Below are positions 53,480-64,000 of a DNA stretch of 64,000 nucleotides, piece after piece. Each line of letters starts with the position of its first letter. Position 1 is the stretch's first letter. Position numbers and translations under genes: made by a program. The DNA is from Eledone cirrhosa. Its lineage: Eukaryota. The DNA lies in assembly GCA_964016885.1 (NCBI GenBank), contig OZ024756.1:20088001-20152000 (forward strand). Direction: 5' to 3'. The notes under the pieces are model-generated. The model worked only from the letters and a program-made list of their open reading frames with translations. It did not search any database and was not told where the DNA came from.

Positions 53480-54112
53480 AAGAAACCGTTGCGCACGCAT
53501 TCATACACTGCCCGGGCGTCACCGACCTGTGGGGCTATGTAGAACGACTATTGTCGTGGGTGGGACCAATCCGGTTGACCACCGAGTCCATTGTCATGAT
53601 CAAACCGCCACCCTCCTTCAAAAATGAAGGAGAGGCGGTTTTCCTTTGTGTGATAGCTATGGCGAAAGAGGTTGTATGGTGGACAAGTTTAAAAGGACTG
53701 AGGTCAGACACCTTTCTCTCCGGCCTACAACTGATTCTTTTTTTCAAATACCACTTTAGAAGAAGAATCAGGATGAAGAGAGAGGTGCTGTACCCCAGCA
53801 AGTTTTATGAAAGGTGGGTGAAAGTGGCGAGAATGGCCCGAGTGAATGGGCCTTCTCTCTATATCAGCCTGTAGGTTGAGGAAAAGGAGGAGGAGAGGAA
53901 AGGAGTACAAACTCTTTGTACTCCTGGAGATGAGGGTTGCACATTTTTTCGGGGGTATGTGTTACCCATATGAACTGTCTCCCCCTATTGGGGAAAATCG
54001 ACTAATTTTTTAAATTACATTTGTGATAACATTTTACACGTTTTTATTGTATGTAAACTTCCCCCTTTGTATTTGTCCCCTTCTTTTGTGCCCCTGTGGC
54101 TAATAAAGAAAC
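53480..54112 (+). mobile_element. L1/Tx1-like LINE 3' end
   Basis: ETVAHAFIHCPGV (end of CCHC knuckle) at 53482 leading into ORF ..AKEVVWW..ERW; AATAAA at ~54102 then TA tract. Confidence 0.7.
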
Positions 54113-54449
54113 ATATGTATCTATATATATTGCAAACGAATCAAATATTATTATTATTAATATTCGAAAAACTCAGATTACATTTATTGTATTCAGCCAT
54201 ATAGAGCGAAAATTTAAAAAAAATTCTTTTTATTTGAATATGGTAAAGCCGACCATTAATCACTCGTATATAGGAAACTGACTGGCCAGTCTGCTGATAT
54301 GTAAGTCTGGCTGATCAGTGGATCTGCTAATATGCAGATCTAACTGATCAGCCAGTCTGCTAATATGCAAATCAGGCCGAACAGTCACCGTATATTTTAG
54401 AAAATATCATATATTTGCACTAGCTCTGACAGTTTGGCAGGTGAACAGT

Positions 54450-54499
54450 GAACTGTACTAATGAAGGGTAATACCCAGAAACATTAGTGTCTGTAGTTC
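54450..54499 (+). ncRNA. Hammerhead motif, family G, core-mutated (CUAAUGA, G5A)
   Basis: GAACTGTA-CTAATGA-A GGGT AAT ACCC A-GAAA-CATTAGTG-TC-TGTAGTTC. Confidence 0.55.
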
Positions 54500-54673
54500 T
54501 GTTTACATGCCAATGAGGGGCTCATTCTGCTGACATGGCTTTAACAAAGAGGCTGTTTGCATAATTGCAAACGTCTCGAATATTATTATTAATATTTGAA
54601 AAACTCAGATTACATTTATATATATATATATACGATATTAAATAAATGGAAATTATATTTATAAAACCATATT

Positions 54674-54739
54674 TATTTCATTATATATATTTCAGGGATA
54701 TCATATTAAAAATATGTTATGCCTTCTTCAGACAAAATA
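54674..54739 (-). ncRNA. Type-I hammerhead motif, family A
   Basis: minus: TATTTTGT-CTGAAGA-AGG..CATATT/AATATG..CCT-GAAA-TATATATA-ATGAAATA. Confidence 0.7.
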
Positions 54740-55069
54740 CAATATAAACAGTCTTATAAATAGATAGATTCGACATACCTTTCAACTTCGACTTGCATTT
54801 GAAAAGTTGATTTGGTAGTGAAAAATATTATTCAGTGCTTTGAGTGCTTTTATATCAGTTATAAATATTTACTCGTTGTAACCCAACAATTTAAATAAAA
54901 CTTTGCATATATATATATATATATATTTTAAATAGTTAAACAAGATTCAATGAGTATGTCAAGGAATGAGTTTTACAGTAGATTGGAAGCACTCTACGGA
55001 AAAAATAATATTACTACCTTGATATATTACTAACCATTTAATATCTCAGGGTATGTCATGTATCATTAT

Positions 55070-55122
55070 ATTTTGTCTGATGAGGACGTACAGTTGTACA
55101 TCCGAAATATGTATAATAAAAT
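55070..55122 (+). ncRNA. Type-I hammerhead motif, family A' (best-formed copy; predicted cleavage after 55115)
   Basis: ATTTTGT-CTGATGA-GGA C GTACA GT TGTAC A TCC-GAAA-T ATGT A-TA-ATAAAAT; canonical G10.1-C11.1 pair. Confidence 0.85.
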
Positions 55123-55162
55123 GTAATTGATCAAAAGAACATCTATTTTATTAATATTTGTA

Positions 55163-55228
<66 letters not shown>

Positions 55229-55318
55229 TATACATATATATACATATATATATTTATATATATATAATAATAGTAATAATATATGTCAAGACTAAAATCT
55301 GAAGAGAGCTCCATAAGG

Positions 55319-55371
<53 letters not shown>

Positions 55372-55373
55372 CC

Positions 55374-55414
<41 letters not shown>

Positions 55415-55668
55415 GTAGAGTAAATATTTATTATAAGTACAGATTATAGTTTAAGCAAAGAATCGCTGCTTTCACCCTTTTACGGGATCTTCTGAAACTT
55501 CAGAGTTTGAGAGGATCCCGTAAAAGGGGTGAAAGCAGTGATTCTTTGCTTAAACTTTAATCTGTACATATAATATATATGTGTATATATATTCCGGGAG
55601 CTTCCAACAGAAATGGTCGCATTCTTTAACGGTATGTCAATATTTATTTATAAAACTGCTCTATATTA

Positions 55669-55733
55669 TATTTTATCTGATGAAAGTACACCATAATTTA
55701 ACTTGGTGTCCTTGAAATATGTATAATGAAATA
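55669..55733 (+). ncRNA. Type-I hammerhead motif, family A
   Basis: TATTTTAT-CTGATGA-AAG T ACACCA..TGGTGT C CTT-GAAA-TATGTATA-ATGAAATA. Confidence 0.8.
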
Positions 55734-56214
55734 AATATGGTTTTATAAATATAGTTTCCATTTGTTAATATATCGCATATATACACGGAGGCACATGGCT
55801 TAGTGGTTAGAGCATTGGCCCTGCAATCGAAAAGTTGTGAGTTCAATTCTCAGACCGGGTGATGTGTTGTTTCCTTGAGCAAGACACTTTATTTCACATT
55901 GCTCCAGTTTACTCAGCTGTAGAAATGAGATGATAGGGACTGGGGTCCCTATCATTCCACTGCAAGGTGGTCGTAGAGGTGCCACGGCAAAAAAGCACCC
56001 AGCCCACACTGAAAAGTGAACATGTAGGCGCCACGGAAAAAAGCACCCAGCACTCACTGTAAATGAGGTTGGTGTTAGGAAGGGCATCCAGCTGTAGAAA
56101 TCAAGCCAGAATCAGTTCCCGTCCCACCCTTGCAAGCAGGGAAAAGCGGATGTAAAATGATGATGATGATGATGATGATACATATATATATCCCTTCCAT
56201 CAGGCATCTACCAT

Positions 56215-56832
56215 AATCTGAATGCCTTGTTTCCCTGCACATAAATACATTAAAGCTCTAGCGTCCGGCAACTGACTTGGTAGACACCCACAAACTTATT
56301 AACCATCTTGAACACCTTTTTGAATTCCATATGTCTAACACCTGTGAAGATGCTTACAAAATCAGAAAACAGCACAGCTCCCATCACTATCAGAAACGTT
56401 TTTTCACGCTCAGAGTTTCTGAAGCATGGAACAAACTACCTGCATCAGTTGTTAGTTTTCGGGACACTGCATCCTTCAAAACTTCCATGCTTCCCCAAAT
56501 TTGCCAACACTGCACCTGATATTCCCCCTTCATACACACGCACGCATGTATCTGTGTGTATATCATGACTCATACACTGTTCTCTTTCCTGACATTTGTA
56601 CATTATTCTATCTACTATACTATATGAGTTCAAATCCCGCCGAGGTTAACTTTGCCTTTCATCCTTACGGGGTCGATAAAATAAAGTACCAGTAATGTAC
56701 TGGTTAAATGCTGGCCTTGTGCCAAAAGTAGAAACAATTATTCTATCTACTATACATGCACCTTTGATGGTTGTAGTGCGCCTGAGCACTGTACACAATA
56801 ATTTTCATTACTTTTATTATTATTATTATTAT
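56215..56832 (+). mobile_element. CR1/L2-like LINE 3' end interrupted by a truncated SINE A
   Basis: RFFTLRVSEAWNKLP..VV...SFK motif; (ATT)n tail; SINE at ~56627-56736 flanked by 19-bp TSD attattctatctactatac. Confidence 0.8.
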
Positions 56833-57773
56833 TAAGGGTGGTGGATTGGCAGAGGGTCGGACGCCATGCTGTGCAGCATAGAGTTGCGGCTCTTTACGGT
56901 CTGAGTGCAAATCCCGCCGAGGTTAACTTTTCCTTTCATCCTTACGGGGTCGATAAAATAAAGTACCAGTAATGCACTGGGTAATTGCTGGCCTTGTGCC
57001 TAAAGTAGAAACAATTATTATAACATCAACAACAACTAAGTGGGGGATGTCACAGCTGCTAAACATGACACAAATGTTATGTTGGAAAGGCTAAACACAA
57101 TAGTTGTTTACCCTGTTAATTCAGGTGATGTGAGCTGTCCATCCATTTAACTAACCATCTCCACCGCCATAACCATTACCTACCTCACCCCCACCCAGAC
57201 ACCTTCTTCCTCTGCCTCCTCCTCTCTTGCTTTCAGCACTGGAACTGACATTAACACTATCACCATGACACAAATGGCATCACCATCACCATCACTATCA
57301 TTACTGTCACCATCACCACCATCATTATCATTACTGTCACCATCACCACCGCTATCATCACCATCACCATCATCATTACTGTCACCATCACCGATATACC
57401 ACTATCACCACCATCATTATCACTATCATCACCGTCACCACCGCTATCATCATCACCATCACCGTTAATATACCATCACCACCACCATAACCATCACCAT
57501 CACCATCATCAGTGTCATCATTATCACCAACGACTACAGTACCAGCAGCAGCACCACCACCACCACACCACACCCCTCCCCTAGTCACCACCACCAGCAA
57601 CACCCCCTCAGTCACCACCACCACCACCACCACCACCTCTAGTCACCCAACCACCAGTCACCACCACCACCACTTCTAGTCACCCCCCCACCACCACAGT
57701 CACCCCCCCCCCCACTACCACCATCATGTAAATGATGTGAGAGCAGCCTCTATCATCTCTTCGCCTAGCCTAC

Positions 57774-57922
57774 CTTCTCACAGATATTGCCATGGTATTG
57801 TCGTAGCATCCGATTCTCGGAAGTGAGTTTCTCAGCAGCCTTCTGCAGCCTCTCAATGTAGCTCTCCAGTTCTTCAGGGTTATCCCACGTCACCTTGGTG
57901 ATGCCATGGTGTCCTTTTGTAT
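57774..57922 (-). CDS. DYNC2H1: Dynein-2 heavy chain, exon 2 (TKGHHGITKVTWDNPEELESYIERLQKAAEKLTSENRMLRQYHGNICEK)
   Basis: ttcag| and |gtaggc; TWDNP.ELE.YI..LQ.AAE.L..ENR motif typical of DYNC2H1 tail. Confidence 0.92.
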
Positions 57923-58009
57923 CTGAAACATCACAACAACACAACAGATGGAAGCTAATTACTTGTCTCTCACTTTCATCTCTTTCTTTGTCACCGTCGT
58001 CGTCAACCT

Positions 58010-58640
58010 TCTGTCTTTGTCTTTGTTTTTTGTTTGTTTGTGTGTTTGTTTTTCTTTGTGTCGTGTTTGTGTTGTGTTTATTTGTCTTTGTGTTTTTTGT
58101 TTGTTTGTGTTGTGTTTATTTGTGTTTGTGTTTTTTTGTGTTTGTGTGTATGTTTTTCTTTGTGTTGAGTTTGTGTTGTGTTTATTTGTCTGTGCGTGTT
58201 TGTGTGTTTGTTTTCCTTTGTGTTGAGTTTGTGTTGTGTTTATTTGTCTGTTTTTGTGTTTGTTTTTCTTTGTGTTGTGTTTATTTGTCTTTGTGTTTTT
58301 TTGTGTGTTTGTGTGTTGTTTTCCTATGTTGAGTTTGCGTTGTGTTTATTTGTCTTTGTGTGTGTTTGTGTGTTTGTTTTCCTTTGTGTTGAGTTTGTGT
58401 TGTGTTTATTTGTCTTTGTGTGTGTTTGTGTGTTTGTTTTTCTTTGTGTTGTGTTTATTTGTCTGTGTTTTTTTGTGTGTTTATGTGTTTGTTTTTCTTC
58501 GTGTTGAGTTTGTGTTGTGTTTATTTGTCTTTGTGCTTGTTTTCCTTTGTGTTGAGTTTGTGTTGTGTTTATTTGTCTGTGTTTTTTTGTGTGTTTGCAT
58601 GTTTTTCTTTGTGTTGTGTTTATTTGTCTTTGTGTGTTTT
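58010..58640. repeat. T/G-rich degenerate tandem repeat
   Basis: tttgtgttgagtttgtgttgtgtttatttgtct blocks. Confidence 0.9.
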
Positions 58641-59531
58641 GATCATTATTGATCTGGTTCAGTTGAAGATAATTAACTTAGGTAAAATTGGAGGCAGCCA
58701 TCTTGTTACCCATAGGCAGATCTCACATAATGCAGTCTCGACAGAAGAATATTGCTCACCTATGGCAGACAATAGATATACCCAGGACACCATAGTGAAA
58801 TACCAATATATGGAACATTACATTCATGTAACCATCTTTTTTACCTTAATTTATATTCCTTTTGAAGTTCCGATGAACTGCTCCAATTTTACCTAAGTTA
58901 ATTATTTTCAACTGAACCAGATCAATAATGATCTATAATCATTTGATCCAAAAACATGGAGTAGCGAAACAATTGTAAATGGACATTATTAGTATTATTA
59001 TTAGAGGGTTGGACGCCATGCTTTCTAGCATAGTTACGTCCCTTTACAGTCAAATCCCGCCGAGGTTAATTTTGCCTTTCATCCTTACGGGGTCGATAAA
59101 ATAAAGTACCAGTAATGTACTGGGTAATTGGTGGCCTTGTGCCTAAAGTAGAAACAATTATTATTATTATTCTCTACATTCCTTACATTAAACTAAAATA
59201 TGTTGACAATTTTTAATAATGTCTTCCTTGTGAAATTTGTGGTCTTGTTTTGCTTAACTAATGAATATTTCCAGCTCTGCGCACCTAACCTCTGCATGAA
59301 CCCAGCCACCTAGCTGCCTTCCACTGCATATTGCACATTGAGCACATGCCTTTACGCTTTGGCTTCTAACTAATTCACCAATCTCTCCTCTCCTCTCCTA
59401 TCTCCATGTCTCTCTTTAAGATTGGTTACTCTTGAACTGTGTATATATTTATATATATATATATATATATATATTTTATAATATATATATATATATATGT
59501 ATATATATATTTATATATATCTATATCTATC

Positions 59532-59566
<35 letters not shown>

Positions 59567-59682
59567 TTATATATATCTATATCTATCTATATATATTTAT
59601 ATATATCTATATATATCTATATCTATATCTATCTATATATCTATATATATCTATATCTATATCTATCTATATATATTATATA

Positions 59683-59723
<41 letters not shown>

Positions 59724-59763
59724 CACACACACACATATATATATATCTTCTTCTTCACCCACT

Positions 59764-59878
59764 TATAGAAATGGCTTCTACAGGACTAGAACTGTTTCAT
59801 TTGAAGGAAATCATCAGGAAAGCCCTGATGATTTCCTTCGAATGAAACAGTTCTAGTCCTGTAGAAGCCATTTCTATA
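59764..59878. mobile_element. Fold-back element, family F, with CUGAUGA...GAAAC core on both strands
   Basis: 55-bp arms (59764-59818 / 59824-59878), near-perfect; relatives at ~9050-9110, 22023-22085, 53117-53170. Confidence 0.7.
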
Positions 59879-60173
59879 TTAAATTTGTTGTATGCACTCT
59901 ACTAATGTATTGATTACCCTACTAACTCCGGTTACGCCCGATTGAACCTGGGACTCACATATATACGTATATATATATATATATATATATATATCTCCCA
60001 GACCCACACTGTAAATGTGGTTGGTGTTAGGAAGGGCATCCAACTGTAGAAAACCTGCCAGACAGTCCTATGCGAGCAAGACAATCACTCTTGCCTCAAG
60101 TGGGAAAACCCCCGTCCAAACCCATGCAAGCGTGGAACACGGACGTTAAACGTTGATGATGATGATGATGATG

Positions 60174-60205
<32 letters not shown>

Positions 60206-60705
60206 ACATTTGGGAAAGAGCAAACTGTACAGGCCTGGCTGGACAGTTTATCTCAGTTGTGCCTTGTGGACAAGAGGGTGAAACCCAAGAATTTCTGCTA
60301 CAACAGTCAGCCTCGGAAGGATGAAAGGCAAAGCCAACCTCGGCGGGATCTGAACTCAGAACGTAAAAGGCCATAACTCTATGCCACTAAACACGTTGTG
60401 CGACTCTCTACCGATTCTGCCAAGCCACCACCCAAACAATAATAATTGTTTCTACTTTAGGCACAAGGCCAGCAATTACCCAGTGCATTACTGGTACTTT
60501 ATTTTATCGACCCCCGTAAGGATGAAAGGCAAAGTCAACCTCGGCGGGATTTGAACTCCGATCGTAAAGGGACGTAACTATGCTGGAAAGCATGGCGTCC
60601 GACCCTCTACCGATACTGCCAATCCACCGCCAAACAATAATAATGATTTCTAATTTAAGGACAAGGCCAGCATATTTGGGCGAAGGGCAAAGTTGACTAT
60701 CTTTA

Positions 60706-61099
60706 CCCTTTAGCATTTACATTACTCTATATATACTGTTATATTTTCAAGAGGGTCGGACGCCATGCTTTCCAGCATAGTTACGTCCCTTTACGATCTG
60801 AGTTCAAATCCTGCCGAGGTTACTTTGCCTTTCATCCTTACGGGGTCGATAAAATAAAGTACCAGTAATGAACTGGGTAATTGCTGGCCTTGTGCCTAAA
60901 GTAGAAACAATTATATTTTCATGGTAAAGGCTTTATCTCGCATAATTATCTCACATACTATCGAATCTATGAGAGGCTCATATTATATATTTTGAAAACA
61001 ATACCTTAACATCAGTATGAGTGGCCGATTGCAGTCGGTTTGAACAGAAAGAGGTGAGAGAATTCTGGCCGTATACGGCCGGTTTAAATTGCTAAAGGG
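60706..61099. mobile_element. piggyBac-type MITE with SINE A inserted (~60750-60910)
   Basis: CCCTTTAGCATTTA ... GCTAAAGGG|TTAA; SINE flanked by ttatattttca duplication. Confidence 0.75.
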
Positions 61100-61487
61100 T
61101 TAAGGTCAAGGCCTTTCGAAAACAACAATGCCACTGGAAAAATAATTTCTTTTTTTTTTTAAGTACTGTACTAATTTACATAATTATTCTAAATGAACCA
61201 ATTTTCTAATCAATATTATTTTCCAGTATCTGTTACATTGCTGGGATAGCAAAGTATATCAATATCTGTCTCTACACACAATTTCACATTAAGAAAACGT
61301 AATATATACATTCACTTTTATATTTACAGTAGTTGATGTTTATAATAGTAAAAACAGAACATTCTGGAAAAGTTAGGAAAGAAATTAAAAAAAAAAAAAC
61401 TACAATTGAGTCCAGCTAGCCAGGCAGTGGTGATAGCCATGTAACCCTTTCATGACTACATTTTTAATGAGATACATTCTATTTTAA

Positions 61488-61694
61488 CCCTTTAGCATTT
61501 AAACCAAGTCATCTGGCCAGAATTCTCTCACTTCTTTCTGTTCAAACCTGCTGTAACTGGCCATTCATACTGACATTAAAGTATTACTCTCAAAATAAAT
61601 GATATATCAAAATCTCATAGATTCGATATTATGGAGATAATTATGTTAGATAAAGCTTTTACTGTGAAAATACAACAGTGTCAATGCTAAAGGG
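61488..61694. mobile_element. piggyBac-type MITE
   Basis: TTAA|CCCTTTAGCATT ... AATGCTAAAGGG|TTAA. Confidence 0.82.
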
Positions 61695-61862
61695 TTAATA
61701 GAAAAAGAAAAAACTAGATTGAGAAGAAAGAATGGAATGTAAAATAAGAAAATATGAAAAAAAATGAAAAGGAAAGGAAAGGCAAGGGCTCTAGTGACAC
61801 AGATGAGTTTGGAGGGGGTGGGGGAAGGGGGAGAGTGATGGGCTCTGGGCCTTTATATTTAA

Positions 61863-62184
61863 CCCTTTAACATTTACATTACTCTATATATGCGAGCAAG
61901 ACAATCACTCTTGCCTCAAGTGGGAATACCCCCGTCCAAACCCATGCAAGCGTGGAACACGGACGTTAAACGTTGATGATGATGATGATGATACTATTAT
62001 ATTTTTGTGGTAATTACTTTATTTCACATAATTATCTCACATAATATCGAATCTATGGGATTTGGGGATTATTTACTTTGAGAACAATACCTTAACATCA
62101 GTACGAGTGGCCAGTTATAGCCGGTTTGAACAGATAGAGGTGAGAGAATTCTGGCTAGATACGGCCAGTTTAAATGCTAAAAGG
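61863..62184. mobile_element. piggyBac-type MITE with an inserted RTE/SINE tail
   Basis: TTAA|CCCTTTAACATTTA ... TAAATGCTAAAAGG|TTAA. Confidence 0.75.
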
Positions 62185-62215
62185 TTAAATGTAATATAAA
62201 AAAAAAATGACTCAC

Positions 62216-62324
62216 TCTCTTTTGGCTTTGAAATCAATTGTTCAAAAGCCCTTGCTGAAGCAATCATCATGGGTTTCTGGGAAGGTATCATCTGTTCGTC
62301 AATGGTGTTATAGAAGTGAGCAAC
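62216..62324 (-). CDS. DYNC2H1: Dynein-2 heavy chain, window exon 1 of 19 (VAHFYNTIDEQMIPSQKPMMIASARAFEQLISKPKE)
   Basis: aacag| acceptor, |gtgagt donor; peptide recalls vertebrate DYNC2H1 VAHFYNSIDQQMI..; ends phase 1, matching the next exon; not in ORF track. Confidence 0.9.
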
Positions 62325-62366
62325 CTGTTGATAACATAATGAAATAAATTATTATAATATCTTACT

Positions 62367-62917
62367 TTCAAGCTTACTTTTGGGAGGCTCCCGTACAGCT
62401 CTGAGTTCTTCATCCTCAGTGTATACTGATTAATGTTCAGAGCCATCCTCAGCATTTTCGTGTAGCACCCATCCACTATCTGAGTGAGTTTCTTGGTCAG
62501 TGTCCAAGTCTCAGACCCGTACAGCAGCACAGACCCCACTACAGCAACGAATAGACGGATCTTCAGGTCTTTACAAAGGTCCGACTTCCACACCGATCTC
62601 AAGCTGTGGCACGCCGCCCAAGCTTTGTTCTTCCTCTCAACCACATCATCTTCGAAAGTGACACAGAGGAGACTGAGGTTAGCTGGACATGCTCACCGAC
62701 ATCCAGAGTTGACACTGCACTCAGTGCTCCTGTGGGAGCCCCTGCATGGACACACTGGAAGAGGAAGATGGAGGTTAGCATATGCTGATGCCCTAAGGAC
62801 AGACACTGGTCTGTTGGAGACGCAGGACATGGCAGCGATAATGAGGGACAGAGACCGCTGGAGAGAACTCGTCCATGGATCTCGGGAATTTTACCCGCCC
62901 TAGATATATATATATAG
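62367..62917 (+). mobile_element. RTE-like LINE insertion with inverted 5' part
   Basis: Minus ORF LLYGSETW..LPKVSLKV joined to plus ORF KVTQRRLRLAGH; TSD aatatcttact at 62356-62366 and 62918-62928. Confidence 0.88.
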
Positions 62918-63629
62918 AATATCTTACTATGTCAGCTTTTCTCTCCCTTCTCTACTAACTCTTCCAGCATGGTGGGAGGAGGGGGATGTAAAATGGTGAT
63001 GACATACACATACACACAATCATCTCCCCTTCCTCCTCCTCCTCTGTCTTCTTCCCCTCCTCCTCCTCCTTCAATCATCACCACATTCACTGTTTGGTTT
63101 GGTTTTCTCTGGCCAGGTGCCCTCCTTAATGCAACCACTTTACAACTTTACAACCATTTTATTTAGATAAAAAGATAGTTTTTTGGTGTATGTAACATGT
63201 GTGGTAAATAAACATATATATATATATATATATAGGCACATGGGTTAGTGGTTAGACCATTGGCCTTGCAATCGAAAGGTTGTGAGTTCAATTCTCGGAC
63301 TAGGTGATGTGTTGTTTCCTTGAGCAAGACACTTTATTTCACATTGCTCCAGTTTACTCAGCTGTAGAAATGAGATGATAGGGACTGGGGTCCCTATCAT
63401 TCCACTGCAAAGTGGTTGTGGAGGTGCCACAGCAAAAAAGCACCCAGCCCACACTGTAAAGTGGACATGTAGGAGCCATGGAAAAAAAGCACCCAGCACT
63501 CACTGTAAATGAGGTTGGCGTTAGGAAGGGCATCCAGCTGTAGAAATCAAGCCAGAATCAGTTCCCGTCCCACCCTTGCAAGCAGGGAAAAGCAGACGTA
63601 AAATGATGATGATGATATACATATACACC

Positions 63630-63955
63630 AGGTCTGATCACAAAGGAACCAAACTCCCACTGTCACTGCCTCCATCTCTCTCACTCTCCTCATCTCTCAC
63701 TATTATGAGCAAATGGATGGCGAAGGAGACGTGCCACTGGAAGAGCCATTCCAGCTCGCGAGGTTCACACCTGCAGGTAGCCACTTCTGTGCTGATGGTG
63801 GTGAGTAGGTACGTGGCACTAGGGCCAAGGACACCAGAAGAAGTCTTCACTGTTTTGCTGGGAGTTATTTTCCACTCAATTCAATTGTCAAATTCCACCA
63901 TTGGCTTCTAATTATGTGATGTTTGAAGACAAGAGAATCTGGATGCCCTCATGGC
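63630..63955 (-). mobile_element. Possible CRE-clade non-LTR element C-terminal (restriction-like endonuclease) fragment
   Basis: P..VKTSSGVLGPSA..LL..I....EPRELEWLFQ..S.AI resembles the CRE RLE tail motif; degenerate. Confidence 0.45.
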
Positions 63956-64000
63956 AACGATGAATTAGTCCTGATACATTAACCCTTTAGCATTCACCTT

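Overview
AT-rich, microsatellite- and repeat-dense eukaryotic genomic DNA. The SINE/RTE repertoire and (TA)n load suggest an octopus-like cephalopod, which is inference only. The whole window lies inside one minus-strand gene, cytoplasmic dynein-2 heavy chain (DYNC2H1). I traced 19 GT-AG exons (3,148 coding nt, phase-consistent, no stops seen) covering the end of the tail, the linker and the start of AAA1. The introns hold two tRNA-derived SINE families, RTE/CR1/Tx1/CRE LINE fragments, piggyBac- and hAT-type MITEs and several minisatellites with higher-order structure. The main unexplained signal is about 18 near-intact and about 8 degenerate type-I hammerhead-ribozyme motifs (stem I-CUGANGA-stem II-GAAA-short stem III-NUH-stem I'). 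They fall into at least nine sequence families and are carried by short non-coding elements that mostly sit in (TA)n tracts, often as fold-back palindromes or terminally redundant units. This looks like a diverse Penelope-like/retrozyme-type ribozyme mobile system inside a host gene, on both strands. All structures were folded by eye, and activity is untested.
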